A stretch of DNA of 64,000 nucleotides from Candidatus Moanibacter sp. (GCA_965215885.1 CBDCEW010000091.1:1-64000); one strand, 5' to 3'. Counted from the stretch's first letter, positions 20,779 through 30,906 are shown. Notes: generated from the letters alone by a model not told the origin. Translations and numbers: made by a program.

Positions 20779-21606
20779 ATGCCGCCTCCTGCACCACCCA
20801 CTTCCGAACGGAAGCTCGCCCTCGCCTACGAAACGAGTTACCGGAAGTATGCCCCGACCCTTTGCTCTGGAACCGGCGGCTGGGTTATCAAAGAAGACGA
20901 TATCTGTGTTCACGCGAGACCAACAGCTTCGTTCGGTAACGGGCTTTACTATTCGCCTTGGAAGGCGCCTGACGTGTCGGAAAAGCTCAGGCGTGCCATT
21001 CGCCTCTATCAGCAGACCGGACAAGGGATGGGCGTCATCACGGGACCATCGTCGCCGGCAGATGCAATGCGCGGGGAACTGAGAACTCTTGGTTTCAAAT
21101 GCGCCTACCACCTTCCGTTCATGCGTCTCGACCTGAATAACATACGTTATCCCGCTAAACCGCCGAACGGAACCAAGGTATGCAGAGTAACCGATTTCTC
21201 AGTTTTTCGAAAACACGAGCACCCCTGGCATGGCAAAGCCACGACCAAACCCCGACGGGCTATCTTTTCCTTTTTTGAGAAGGAGACAAACGCGCCACGC
21301 CAGCGACTTTGGCAATTCATCGCCTTCGAAGGTGAAGTTCCTGTGGCTTCCGCCATGATCTTCCGAACAGGTAGGATCTGCGGTGTTTACGACGTTGCTA
21401 CGGTAAGGAGTCATCGGCGCCGTGGCATTGGCCACTTTATCATGGCTACGGCGTGCGAATTCGCCCGCGACCAGGGTATGACCGTAGCCGCTCTTGGGGC
21501 CAGCGGTAAAGGTGTGGGGTTGTACGAGAAAACCGGATTCAAACTCTGTGGAAGTTACGGTGAATACTACCTGGGGAAAGCCAGGTTGGCGGCGCTTCGA
21601 GTGTAG
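20779..21606 (+). CDS. GNAT family N-acetyltransferase
   Basis: VYDVAT..SHRRRGIG and G..LYEKTGF motifs. Confidence 0.85.
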   Translation: MPPPAPPTSERKLALAYETSYRKYAPTLCSGTGGWVIKEDDICVHARPTASFGNGLYYSPWKAPDVSEKLRRAIRLYQQTGQGMGVITGPSSPADAMRGELRTLGFKCAYHLPFMRLDLNNIRYPAKPPNGTKVCRVTDFSVFRKHEHPWHGKATTKPRRAIFSFFEKETNAPRQRLWQFIAFEGEVPVASAMIFRTGRICGVYDVATVRSHRRRGIGHFIMATACEFARDQGMTVAALGASGKGVGLYEKTGFKLCGSYGEYYLGKARLAALRV

Positions 21607-21654
21607 CGGGAGATCTCTTCGTGCGGATTCCAATTAGAACATTTGTATACCCCC

Positions 21655-21752
21655 GTCATTGCGAGGAAGGATGACGAAGCAATCCAGGAGTAGGAGTTCG
21701 ACGTTGATTGACCCTGGATCGCCACGCCTCCCTGAGGTCGGCTCGCGATGAC
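21655..21752. repeat. RPE-like palindromic repeat (GTCATTGCGAG...CTCGCRATGAC)
   Basis: Self-complementary ends with internal GCAATCCAG/CTGGAT; related copies at 26188-26280 and 33875-33980. Confidence 0.75.
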
Positions 21753-21765
21753 AAGAAGAAGGGAC

Positions 21766-22615
21766 CTAGCCCGAACATTTCAGACAGCGCCGATTAAAAC
21801 CGGCAGTAAGTAGTGAATGAAAGAGTCATACAGTAAAGAACTAGCCAATCGTACTGGCCCCGAGTCATGGCGGTATATCTGAGAGGGTATGCTGCAAGCG
21901 TTGACAGGGGAAGATGCAGGCTGGGTGATTGAGCCGCGAAAGTTGGGCAAGGTTTGGAGGGCCGACCTTCTTGAAATATGGGGAAGGCAAAATCGGACGG
22001 GTCGCAAAGACGAAGAGCCGTCCGGCCTCTGCGCGGTCGGAGAGCGGGGCATGCAAGGAAGCTTACTGAGCGGGAATCGGGAGAGCCGAGGGCTGGCAGC
22101 GCAAAGCAGCGTTGTCGGCACCGCGAATCCAAGGAGTAATGCGGTGATGAACGGTCCACGGCAGTCGGACAGGTCCGTAGTACCGAAGAAGGCGGCGAAC
22201 AAAGATGGTGCTGCGGCACTGTTGGCGGAGTCGCTGGAGGAAAGGGACCTGCCCAAGGGGAATCCTCAAGAGCAAACCAACCGCCGGACACAGGACCGGG
22301 AAAGCTTGTCACAAGCGCAGGCGAGGATACGGCGAGCGGCACAGTACGCTTGCGCGTTAATACCCGAGGGAGGAGCCCGGTGCGGTAATTCCGCTCGCCG
22401 GGATCTGTGCGGGGGGTCCCCGGCGACGGGGATTCCTACCGCGACCAAATCTACTACTACGACGACGGATCTCATCGCGTGTCAATGCCTTCCCTTGCCC
22501 GGCGACCTCAGAGGGTCTTAACACACTGTTCCCGTCTTGCCGGGACTACGCAAAGGCTCTGATATGCAGCAATCTACGCGGTCTCGCTACGAAGTGTGTG
22601 AAATGTCCGGGCTAG
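21766..22615 (-). mobile_element. CTAG-ended MITE, copy C (inverted, more diverged), interrupted by a group II intron
   Basis: 21766-21782 joined to 22446-22615 aligns with the reverse complement of copies A and B; both CTAG ends present. Confidence 0.85.
21783..22445 (+). ncRNA. ORF-less group II intron (IIB-like, probably bacterial class E) with the RT ORF deleted
   Basis: D5 GAGCCCGGTGCGGTAATTCCGCTCGCCGGGATC (22373-22405); D6 with bulged A22438 at -8; 3' AC; D1 motifs GGCCCCGAGTCATG and GCGTTGACAGGGG; EBS1 TGAAAT complements the 5' exon ATTTCA. Confidence 0.9.
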
Positions 22616-23296
22616 TCAGAAGTCCGCCGAGTCCCCGATAGCCAAAAGCACCAGTTCCAGATTCCGGTCTGCGAATTGCCTCTTTGCCGCGTCGTGATCG
22701 ATTGTGATGTAGGGGAAGGTGTCAAAGTGGATTCCCAGTACTTTGCTGACTCCAACAAACTCTGCCGCCCTGGCCGCATCTCTTGCGCCCATCGTAAAGT
22801 TGTCCCCAATGCAGAGGGCTGCCCAGTTGAGTTCCGTTGTTTCGCCGATGAGTTTCATGTCGTATGTAAGGGCGGCGTCGCCTGAAAAGTAGAAATTGCC
22901 CTCCCCTGACTCGATCACGAATCCGCCCGGATTGCCTCCGTAGGTTCCGTCGGGAAGCGCACTACTGTGAATCGCGTTTACATAAGTGACCCGGCCAAAG
23001 TCGAAGTCCGATCCTCCTCCGTGATTTAGTGGGTGCGCATTGTCGATCCCTTTCCCTCCATACCAGAAGAGGATTTCCGGATTCGATATGAGTGTGGCTC
23101 CGGTTCGCTTCAGGATGGATTCGGCATCCGCGACATGGTCTGCATGCCCGTGACTGAGCAGGACGTAGTCAGCTTCAATCGCATCAATGTCGATATCCCT
23201 GGCAAGTTCGTTTGGGCTGATGAAAGGATCGAAAATAAGCTTTTTTCCGGAGATTTCCACATGGATGCAGGATTGGCCGTAATAAGTAACTTTCAT
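22616..23296 (-). CDS. UPF0173 metal-dependent hydrolase (metallo-beta-lactamase fold)
   Basis: IFDPFI..N, SHGHADH, AIHSS, YFSGD, IGDNFTMG, IHFDTFP. Confidence 0.92.
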   Translation of the reverse strand: MKVTYYGQSCIHVEISGKKLIFDPFISPNELARDIDIDAIEADYVLLSHGHADHVADAESILKRTGATLISNPEILFWYGGKGIDNAHPLNHGGGSDFDFGRVTYVNAIHSSALPDGTYGGNPGGFVIESGEGNFYFSGDAALTYDMKLIGETTELNWAALCIGDNFTMGARDAARAAEFVGVSKVLGIHFDTFPYITIDHDAAKRQFADRNLELVLLAIGDSADF

Positions 23297-23458
23297 GAAG
23301 GGGTTATGCCGGATTCAAGATGTATTTCCAAGGGAATTCTGCCTCCGAGAATCTGTGAGATTTTCGGAAGTACAAGTTGTGTTGAAACTAACTTACGAAT
23401 ACGAGGACGAAAACTTTACTCGCCAACAATTAAGGAAAAGCTAAAGTAGCTACCTATT

Positions 23459-23980
23459 ATGAAAACAATCACTTCTATCACATTCTTCGTTGCGTTGCTG
23501 CAAGGCGCGCATCTGGCAGCTATGCAGGGCCAACAGCCGTACCAGGGATCGGCCGAACTCGAGCGAATTAAATCGCTTGCGGGCCAATGGAAGGGCAAAA
23601 TGGAACAGGCTGAGGGCCCGATGGACATCACCGTGGAATACCGTGTCGTCGCGGGTGGCAGCGCTGTAGAGGAGCGCACTTTCGCCGGAACGCCGATGGA
23701 GATGGTCACGATGTACCACGACAGGGAGGGAAAGCTTGCGCTGACTCATTACTGCATGCTGCACAACCAGCCGGGCATGATCTTGAAGAGCGCGGACGAC
23801 ACATCGATCAGCTTCGACTTCGATGAGAGTTCCAGTATCGACGTTTCCAAAGAAGCGCACATGCACGCGTTGACCCTCACCTTGAACGAAGACGGCACGC
23901 TTACTCATGACTGGACGATGTTCGAAGAAGGCGAGTCTAAGGGGGGTCATCCATATACTTTGACCCGCGCCGATTCGTGA
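23459..23980 (+). CDS. Secreted hypothetical protein
   Basis: Signal peptide; conserved-looking L.G.WKG...EMVTMYH...LTHYC...NQP. Confidence 0.75.
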   Translation: MKTITSITFFVALLQGAHLAAMQGQQPYQGSAELERIKSLAGQWKGKMEQAEGPMDITVEYRVVAGGSAVEERTFAGTPMEMVTMYHDREGKLALTHYCMLHNQPGMILKSADDTSISFDFDESSSIDVSKEAHMHALTLTLNEDGTLTHDWTMFEEGESKGGHPYTLTRADS

Positions 23981-24017
23981 GCGGTTGTTTCCTGAAGCAA
24001 TGCTGCTCAGTTGAGCA

Positions 24018-24098
24018 ACTCCCTCGTTCTTGCGAACGCGGCTACTTTATTCGGTGAGTCGTTGAGATTTGTAGCCGCGTTCGCAATAACGTGGGAGT
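24018..24098. repeat. GTAG-type REP doublet (REPIN)
   Basis: CGTTCTTGCGAACGCGGCTAC ... GTAGCCGCGTTCGCAATAACG inverted pair. Confidence 0.75.
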
Positions 24099-24421
24099 GG
24101 ATCCCGAGGGGACGACATTCTTATCGGAATCGATAGGGATTCTTCCGAAGAGCCCGAATCGCGCAGCGATCCGGCTACCCTTGTCAACGAATTAGGTTAT
24201 CATAGTAGAGGGACAGTGCTTGTCGCAGACCCCGAGCTCCTTCGAGGGTTTCGGGATCTTCGAGAAGGTGGGGCTAATTCGACCCATCCGATTGGGTCCG
24301 CGCTCTGCCGCGCGGCAGAGCGATGAGGAAGATGTCGCTGGTCGAATCGGCTGCAATTCACGATTGCATCGGATAGCGGATTGTTCTCCGCGAATTTGGA
24401 AAGCTAATGTGCGACAGATTC

Positions 24422-25891
24422 CTAGGGCGTCCACATGGGTGCCTCCCCAGGAGGTGGCCAATGGGTGCCGCGCTGGCCCGAGTAGCTATGATCGATGGGG
24501 AGTGAAAACTCCTTGTTCGGAAGACCTGACAGTTTACCGTCGCGGACCCATGATTCGTCGCCCCCATACAGCTCACCGATGAGCTTCTTTTCGAGATGTT
24601 CTCGGATTGAGGCGTGTTCCTGTGATTTGGACAGATCGTGCAATTCATCCGGATCGTCCTCGAGATCGAATAACTGCACGCAATTGCCAACCGGGTAGTA
24701 AATGAGCTTGTAGCGACTGATGCGAACCATGCGGGTGGCGGTGCTGCCTTCCCCGACTTCGCCGTAGAGGTGATCCCGGGTATTGGCACTCACGAGCGAA
24801 CGACCTTCAACGGTGTCTGGCACGGGCACGCCTGCCAGATCCAAGAGAGTGGGCATTATGTCCTGCCAACCGGCGAGCCGAGGATCGATTCGATTTTCTC
24901 CGACTCGCTCGTCGGCGCCGGGGCCTGAGAGGATCAAGGGAATATTGGCGGACTCTTCGTAGAACAGTTTCTTGGCCCACTGACCGTGCTTGCCGAGCAT
25001 GTCTCCGTGATCAGAAGTAAAGAGCACGATGGTGTTGTCGGCCAGGCCGTTTTCCCGCAGAGTCCCAAGGACGACGCGAAGTTGGTGATCGATGTGGGTG
25101 CAAAGGGCGTAAAATGCGGCGCGGGCATAGTTCACCTGCGCGTCGTTCATGGGAAGGTCGTGCCCCCGACGCGCTTTCAAGGCGTAGGGCCATGACGACG
25201 GATCCTTTGCCCAGTTTCCCCGTTCCGGAGGCTCCCACTCGACTCCGCGATACATCTCGAGGTAGTCTCGCAGTGGTGCAAGGGGCGGATGCGGGTGAGA
25301 ATAGGAGAGGTACCAGAAGGCGGGGCGCTTCGGATCGCGGCGCGCAACAGTGCGGCACATCTGTCCTGTCAGCCAGTTGGTAACGTGAGCATCCTCCGGC
25401 AGGTGCCAGGGACGCGCCAGGTAATCGTTATTGCACATCCCGTGGCTGAATTGCTTGCCCGCGTAGCCGCGATCGCCCAGGAAAAGTTCGTAGTCGTCAA
25501 GCGTCCCGAACTGCACTCTGCCCTCTTCGCATAGTATGACGTCATCAAAGCCGATCCGATCACGCTGCGGGTAGACATGAAGTTTCCCGACCGCGTAGGC
25601 CTGGTAGCCGGAATCGCGGAAGGTCTGGGCCAGAGTGGGGATACCTTCCGGCATTTCCAGAGTGGAACGGAATACGCGGTCGCCGTGAGTGCGGCAGGTG
25701 GTTCCCGTCATAAGTGTGCGGCGAGCCGGAATACAGACGGGGCACTCGCTGTAGGCATTGGGAAAGCGAACCCCGTTCTGTGCCATGCGATCGAGGGTTG
25801 GAGTCTGGATGATCGGGTGCCCCGCGCAACCCAGGAGCCGCCCCGGCCAGTGGTCGGTGCAGATCAGTAAGACATTCGGTGATTCAGGCAT
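24422..25891 (-). CDS. Formylglycine-dependent sulfatase
   Basis: PNVLLICTD, CIPARRTLMTG (CxPxR), GKLH, FTSDHGDMLG. Confidence 0.93.
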   Translation of the reverse strand: MPESPNVLLICTDHWPGRLLGCAGHPIIQTPTLDRMAQNGVRFPNAYSECPVCIPARRTLMTGTTCRTHGDRVFRSTLEMPEGIPTLAQTFRDSGYQAYAVGKLHVYPQRDRIGFDDVILCEEGRVQFGTLDDYELFLGDRGYAGKQFSHGMCNNDYLARPWHLPEDAHVTNWLTGQMCRTVARRDPKRPAFWYLSYSHPHPPLAPLRDYLEMYRGVEWEPPERGNWAKDPSSWPYALKARRGHDLPMNDAQVNYARAAFYALCTHIDHQLRVVLGTLRENGLADNTIVLFTSDHGDMLGKHGQWAKKLFYEESANIPLILSGPGADERVGENRIDPRLAGWQDIMPTLLDLAGVPVPDTVEGRSLVSANTRDHLYGEVGEGSTATRMVRISRYKLIYYPVGNCVQLFDLEDDPDELHDLSKSQEHASIREHLEKKLIGELYGGDESWVRDGKLSGLPNKEFSLPIDHSYSGQRGTHWPPPGEAPMWTP

Positions 25892-26187
25892 AGGTCATCT
25901 CGATTGAGCTTCTGATAGAGTAAGGCCTAAAGCAGCTTTCGGCCGCAATCAAAGAGTTCAGTTTTCAGTAGACACCGTATGACCGTGGGACCGTAGGACG
26001 GAAAAAGCAAAAGTGAAGATGGAATGATGAAATCATCGGCACTTTTTCGTTTTCCAGCAATCCCTTATTCCATTCCGCTCGTCGGGACCAGCATTCCAAA
26101 AAAGTAAACAGCAGATTGGCTAGTTTGGCGCGTAAGGGCCTAACTAATCCGTCTTGCCTCTGTGAGGACAGTTATGTTTCGAATGGT

Positions 26188-26280
26188 TGTCATTGCGAGA
26201 GCCGCGTAGCGGGGCGTGGCAATCCAGCGTGTTGGCTAAGCGTTTCCTGGATTGCTTCGTCAATCTTCCTCGCAGTGACA
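26188..26280. repeat. RPE-like palindromic repeat
   Basis: TGTCATTGCGAG...GCAATCCAG...CTGGATTGC...CTCGCAGTGACA. Confidence 0.75.
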
Positions 26281-26419
26281 ACTATAGTGGATGGTTTGCT
26301 GCGTAGGGCCTTCGCAGCCAGAGGTTTCGCTTCGGCGTAGGTATCTTACCCGTACACCGATAGGATGAATGGCCCGTATCGAGTCTTGCCTTTCAGGAAA
26401 ACCATCTTACCGCTGAGTT

Positions 26420-26662
26420 ATGCCATCACTTACGAGCAGGCTCCCTCCTGCCATGAAGGCACGTCTGGAAGCGCATGCGAAGCTCGCCGGCAAGAGCGTC
26501 TCGGCGCTGGTGTGCGAGTGCATCGAGCGAAGTCCAGCCATACAGGATAGCACCGAGAACGAGCCTTCGCTATATGATCTGGCCAAAGACCTTTGTGGCT
26601 GCTTCGACAGCGGCGTGAGCGACCTTTCGACGAACCCGAAGCACATGAATGGGTTCGTATGA
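26420..26662 (+). CDS. Ribbon-helix-helix (CopG-like) antitoxin
   Basis: RLP..MKARLE..A...GKSVSALV.E.IE and C-terminal DL.G...SGVSDLSTNPKHM.GF, typical of VapB-like proteins. Confidence 0.8.
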   Translation: MPSLTSRLPPAMKARLEAHAKLAGKSVSALVCECIERSPAIQDSTENEPSLYDLAKDLCGCFDSGVSDLSTNPKHMNGFV

Positions 26663-26766
26663 GCGAAACCATGCCTGACAGCATCATTTTTACACTCGAC
26701 CGGGATTTCACGATATATCGCCGAAATCGTAGCAGGAAGATTCCCCTCCTCGCTCCTTTCGTATAA
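26659..26766 (+). pseudogene. PIN/VapC toxin remnant (C-terminal 35 aa)
   Basis: MSE..PDSIIFTLDRDFTIYRRNR...IPLLAP; ATGA overlap with the antitoxin; catalytic N-terminus absent. Confidence 0.7.
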
Positions 26767-26850
26767 GATTCCATTAGTATGGGGGAGCGCGAATTAGAGC
26801 AAATTGAAGGTAAATTTGATCTGAGGATCTTGTAGGCTTGCGAATCGGGA

Positions 26851-28484
26851 ATGAAAATGAAATCTCGTTTTGGAATATGTTGTCTGCGGTTCTCCCTAAC
26901 GATCGCGGCATTAGCCTTGGCTGTGTCCAACCTGTCAGCTAAAGCAAGATGGGTAATTGGAACCGTGGAGAACTTCACTGTCTACTCGAATACGTCGGAG
27001 AGACAGACTTTGCGGGTCATCAATGACCTGCGTGAAGTAAAGGCGATCGTCGCGCAAACGTTTCCGTTATTAATCGCTTCGGGTTTAATTCCCCGAAGCT
27101 TGCTTCGTTTCTAATTCATAAAGTCTAATATCAAATGCCTCGGGGCTTGCCCCGAGGATCTTTACTATTGAGGAATTCCAATCCAATACGCGTGTTCATA
27201 TGTAAAAACAGTGCAGCAATGCGTCGATACGCACCGCTACATAATGGTGAGCCAAGAACAATTGGCGGTATGTATACGCGGGACTTCGCGGGAGACCTCA
27301 TTCTGGTCAATGGGGGAAAAGAATTCGATGAGGTCCGCAAATCCGTATATCATGAGTATATCCACGCCATTCATTCAGGTGGAAGCAAGTATCTGCCTCC
27401 GTGGCTGAGTGAGGGAATGGCTGTCCTCTATTCCACAATCCGTATTTCGGAAAGTAAGGCTGAAATTGGAAGAGCCGATATGTGGAATGTGTCCAATTTG
27501 CGAAACAGAAACCTCATCCCACTGGAGCGATTATTCTGGATCGGAAGGCTGTCACCTGAATACAATAGTAAACAACACGGACGGAGCATATTTTATTCTC
27601 AATCCTGGGCGTTAATGCACTTCCTGATGTTTGGAGAGGCAGGTTTGTCCGAAGGAGCCTTCGAGAAGTTCATGAGTACCGTCATTTCGGAGCCAATTGT
27701 TTTGGAGGATACTTTTCGGAAATTCACGGGGTTAAGCTTCGATGAAACTGAAAATCACCTGAAGCGAAAAGCAGCTGTCGGAAACTATCAGACTATTACA
27801 TTGGAGAAGCCGGCGCTACCGCCCGATGATACCTTAACGCTATCGGTCGCTTCGGAGGGCGAGATAGATCTTATCGCAGGCATGCTGCTCCTTGCAACAC
27901 GGGATCCGGAAGAGGCGTATGCACCTCTGGAAAGCGCCTATCGAAAGCTTCCGAGTTCACCGGAAGCGGCGGCATACCGGGGTTTTTACTTATACAAGCA
28001 GAGATTATTCGATGCGGCGACAGATCTCTTCGAAGAAGCGATTGAACGTAAAATCAAATCGGCTTCGACATATCTCTTTCATGCTGCCTCGATCTTGCGA
28101 AAAGAAAATCCACGAGCCAAAGTTGGAAGGCGTATCTTCGACAAAGGTGAGACGGCCCGACTCCTGAAATCTCTTCTCAAGGCTAGAGAACTTGGCGAAT
28201 CACGCGCAGAACTCTATCGTAACATTGGAGAAGTGTTGCTGAACTCGGCAGTAGCGGTTCGTGAAGTCGATATTGAGGTATTAATGGAAGGGTTCAGACT
28301 GCATCCAGACGACGAGATGCTTGGGTATTCCTTGGCTCAGCTACTCTTCAATATTGAGCATTACGATAGTGCCAGGACCGTAATCGGAACTTTTCTCGAG
28401 AGAGAAACGGCGGGAATGTTAAAACGGCGTTTCCTTGATCTTGAGGATCAAATAAGATCGGTCAGCCAAGAAAAGCGGAAGTGA
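26851..28484 (+). pseudogene. Secreted HExxH metallopeptidase-like (DUF1570/MA-like) TPR protein, interrupted by a 95-bp insertion
   Basis: Signal peptide, YHEYIH, PPWLSEGMA, FYSQSWALMHFL; deleting 27071-27165 joins ...QTFPLL to LRNSNPIRV in frame. Confidence 0.8.
27070..27166. mobile_element. Palindromic mini-element (PATE-like), copy 2
   Basis: Identical to 6721-6817; sits inside a CDS with no target duplication. Confidence 0.85.
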
Positions 28485-28576
28485 TTCTTGCTCAAAGAGT
28501 AAGAAGTTGAACGACTGAAATACGGCGCGGTAGGGATGGAGAATTGCGGCTCAGATTTGCTCGCAACTCAAATGAA

Positions 28577-29683
28577 TCACCCCACCCGGTGTTCCTCCAG
28601 CAACTCATAATCCGGCTCGACTCCCAATCCGGGACGATCCGGAACCTGAACGAATCCTTCTTTATCGAGCGTAAGGGGGTTCTTAAAGATTCGCCCCCGC
28701 AAGGGATCGACTGTTTCGCGATAGAATTCCAGAATCAACCCGTTTGATATAGCCGTCACCAGATGAATATGCACTTCCTGGGCACCGTGAGGTGCAATAC
28801 GCAGATCATATGCCGCGGCCAGCGCCGCGACGTTCATGAATTCGGTTATTCCACCCAGTATCTGTGCGTCCGCGTTGAGAATAGCCGCTGATTCGTTCTC
28901 GATCAGATCGCGGAAGCCGTAGCGGGTATATTCATTTTCTCCCGTGGCGACCGGAATTCTTGTGGCCTGTGCTACCTGGGCGTGCCCGCGATAGTCGTCC
29001 GGCGCCACCGGTTCCTCAAACCAGAACACCTCATAGGATTCAATCTTGTGCGCGACCTCTATTGCCTCGTAAGCCGCATAGGCGTTATTGGCGTCTACGA
29101 GCAGCTTGATTTCAGGACCGATCGTCTCGCGCACTACCCGCACCCGCTCGACATCCTCGTTTATCGGCACACCGCCGATCTTCATCTTCACCGCCCGAGC
29201 GCCCAGATTCAGATTGTCCTCCATCTCCTCCGCAAGCTCTTTGAGCCCCTTGCCCTCCTCGTAATACCCACCAGCGATATAGGCCGGAATGCGATCTCTG
29301 AATCCGCCCAGCAGTTTATGAACGGACTTTCCAAGCGTCTTGCCCATCAGATCCCAGAGTGCAATATCGATGGCGCTAATCACGTGAGTCGACATGCCGC
29401 GGCGCCCGACAATCTTGGGCAGCCACATATTCTCCCAGATGCGCCGGTAGGAAAAGGGATCCTCGCCGATAAGAGCTTGTTTGAAGTGTTCGACGAGAGC
29501 GCCCGCCACCGCGCCCGGCCGGGTGGCGGCAGTACCTCCGCCCCACCCAATGCCGGTCAAGCCAGCGTCCGTATGCACCTGGATAAGATTCAGCGCCACG
29601 GCAGTGTAGGTATACTTCCCGTTGCGAATGGGTTTCGGCTTTGGCCACGAATACGACTGTAAGGTTACATCTGTGATCTTCAT
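28577..29683 (-). CDS. Mandelate racemase / muconate lactonizing enzyme family protein
   Basis: SAIDIALWDL.GK, KMK, LVDAN, WFEEP, TGENE, APHG, PDRPGLG. Confidence 0.93.
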   Translation of the reverse strand: MKITDVTLQSYSWPKPKPIRNGKYTYTAVALNLIQVHTDAGLTGIGWGGGTAATRPGAVAGALVEHFKQALIGEDPFSYRRIWENMWLPKIVGRRGMSTHVISAIDIALWDLMGKTLGKSVHKLLGGFRDRIPAYIAGGYYEEGKGLKELAEEMEDNLNLGARAVKMKIGGVPINEDVERVRVVRETIGPEIKLLVDANNAYAAYEAIEVAHKIESYEVFWFEEPVAPDDYRGHAQVAQATRIPVATGENEYTRYGFRDLIENESAAILNADAQILGGITEFMNVAALAAAYDLRIAPHGAQEVHIHLVTAISNGLILEFYRETVDPLRGRIFKNPLTLDKEGFVQVPDRPGLGVEPDYELLEEHRVG

Positions 29684-30366
29684 AGACACTTACGGCTGCT
29701 TTTTGGAATGGTGGAATCTTGGAGTGTTGGAGTGTCGCGAAAAGTGATAGAGATTCCGGACGGATTCTAGAAAACAACGGATTAGGTTGAACAGGGCAAG
29801 AAAAGCCCAACCGATTCCTGGTGAATTTCCAGTGAAATCGCGTCTACTCTTTGCCATCATGAGAATTTATGATACACGACACCAAAGTTAACAATAATCG
29901 AATTTACCCAATTACATTTTGCTTCAAGAGTCGATCGACGAAGCTGACGACAAAGTTCAGGACGTGCTCGCACCACCGCTGGAACCTCTCATAAACTTCA
30001 TCGTAAGGACTAGTCGTAAACGATCAGATTGTGCGAATCGATACAAGCTACATCCAACGATAAACGTAGTCGTTTTCATGGTCACCGAAGCACAATCGAG
30101 AAACTCGCAGCAGACATACCGAAGAACCCCACCCCTCCAGCCCGCGGCCGCGACGCGTATTTGTTCGATTGTCGGAGCTACGAGTGGTCAGCTCGAATCT
30201 GAAGGAAAACAATTCAGGTATGATTTGACTCTTTATTGCTAATTTGCCTACATACTTATTCTACGCAAATCGCATTGAAGCTACGGGAAAAGAGACTACA
30301 CTTGATTCGGGACTTTGCCCGAAAGAGGTACCTTTCTCCCGCTGCCTCGGAAAAAGGGAGCGTATT

Positions 30367-30780
30367 GTGAAGAAGATATTCATCGTCGAAGATGAGCTTC
30401 TCATGGTAAGGATCATGGAGTCCTTCCTTGAATGGGAAATTCCTGACGTCGAAATTGTGGGACATTCGACTGGAGGGGTTAATACCGTCAATGATTGCCT
30501 TAGTAAAGAACCGGATCTCGTTCTACTTGACCTTATTTTGCCGGAAATAAACGGACTTGATGTTTTAAAGGAAATCAAAGCAAAGGCTCCCAACACCCGA
30601 GTGATCGTATATTCGGGAATGCTTACCGAGGAATCGGTGCTATTGGCTAAAGACCTGGGAGTCGATGGGATTCTCCTGAAAACTGCAAAAAAGGAAGTTG
30701 TCGTTGAGGCGGTGAAGGAAGTCTTAAAAGGTGAGAAATTCGTCGATCCGGAGGTGAAGAAATGGACGGATGGTCCCTGA
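30367..30780 (+). CDS. Stand-alone response regulator receiver (NarL-like, no DNA-binding domain)
   Basis: IFIVEDE, PDLVLLDLILPEINGLD, GILLK. Confidence 0.85.
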   Translation: MKKIFIVEDELLMVRIMESFLEWEIPDVEIVGHSTGGVNTVNDCLSKEPDLVLLDLILPEINGLDVLKEIKAKAPNTRVIVYSGMLTEESVLLAKDLGVDGILLKTAKKEVVVEAVKEVLKGEKFVDPEVKKWTDGP

Positions 30781-30906
30781 CCTATTCTTAGCCTTCGTCA
30801 GCTACGGGAACTCAAGCGCTTGCTGGGTACCGGCGTCGACGTGTACCTACGGGATTCGGATGGGTGGCAATTCCGTTGCGCGGCAACGGGAAAAACCCTC
30901 ACCCGG

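Noticed and set aside
21889..22521. 210-aa ORF and antisense ORFs across the intron
   Set aside because: No RT motifs; these are incidental frames through ribozyme domains.
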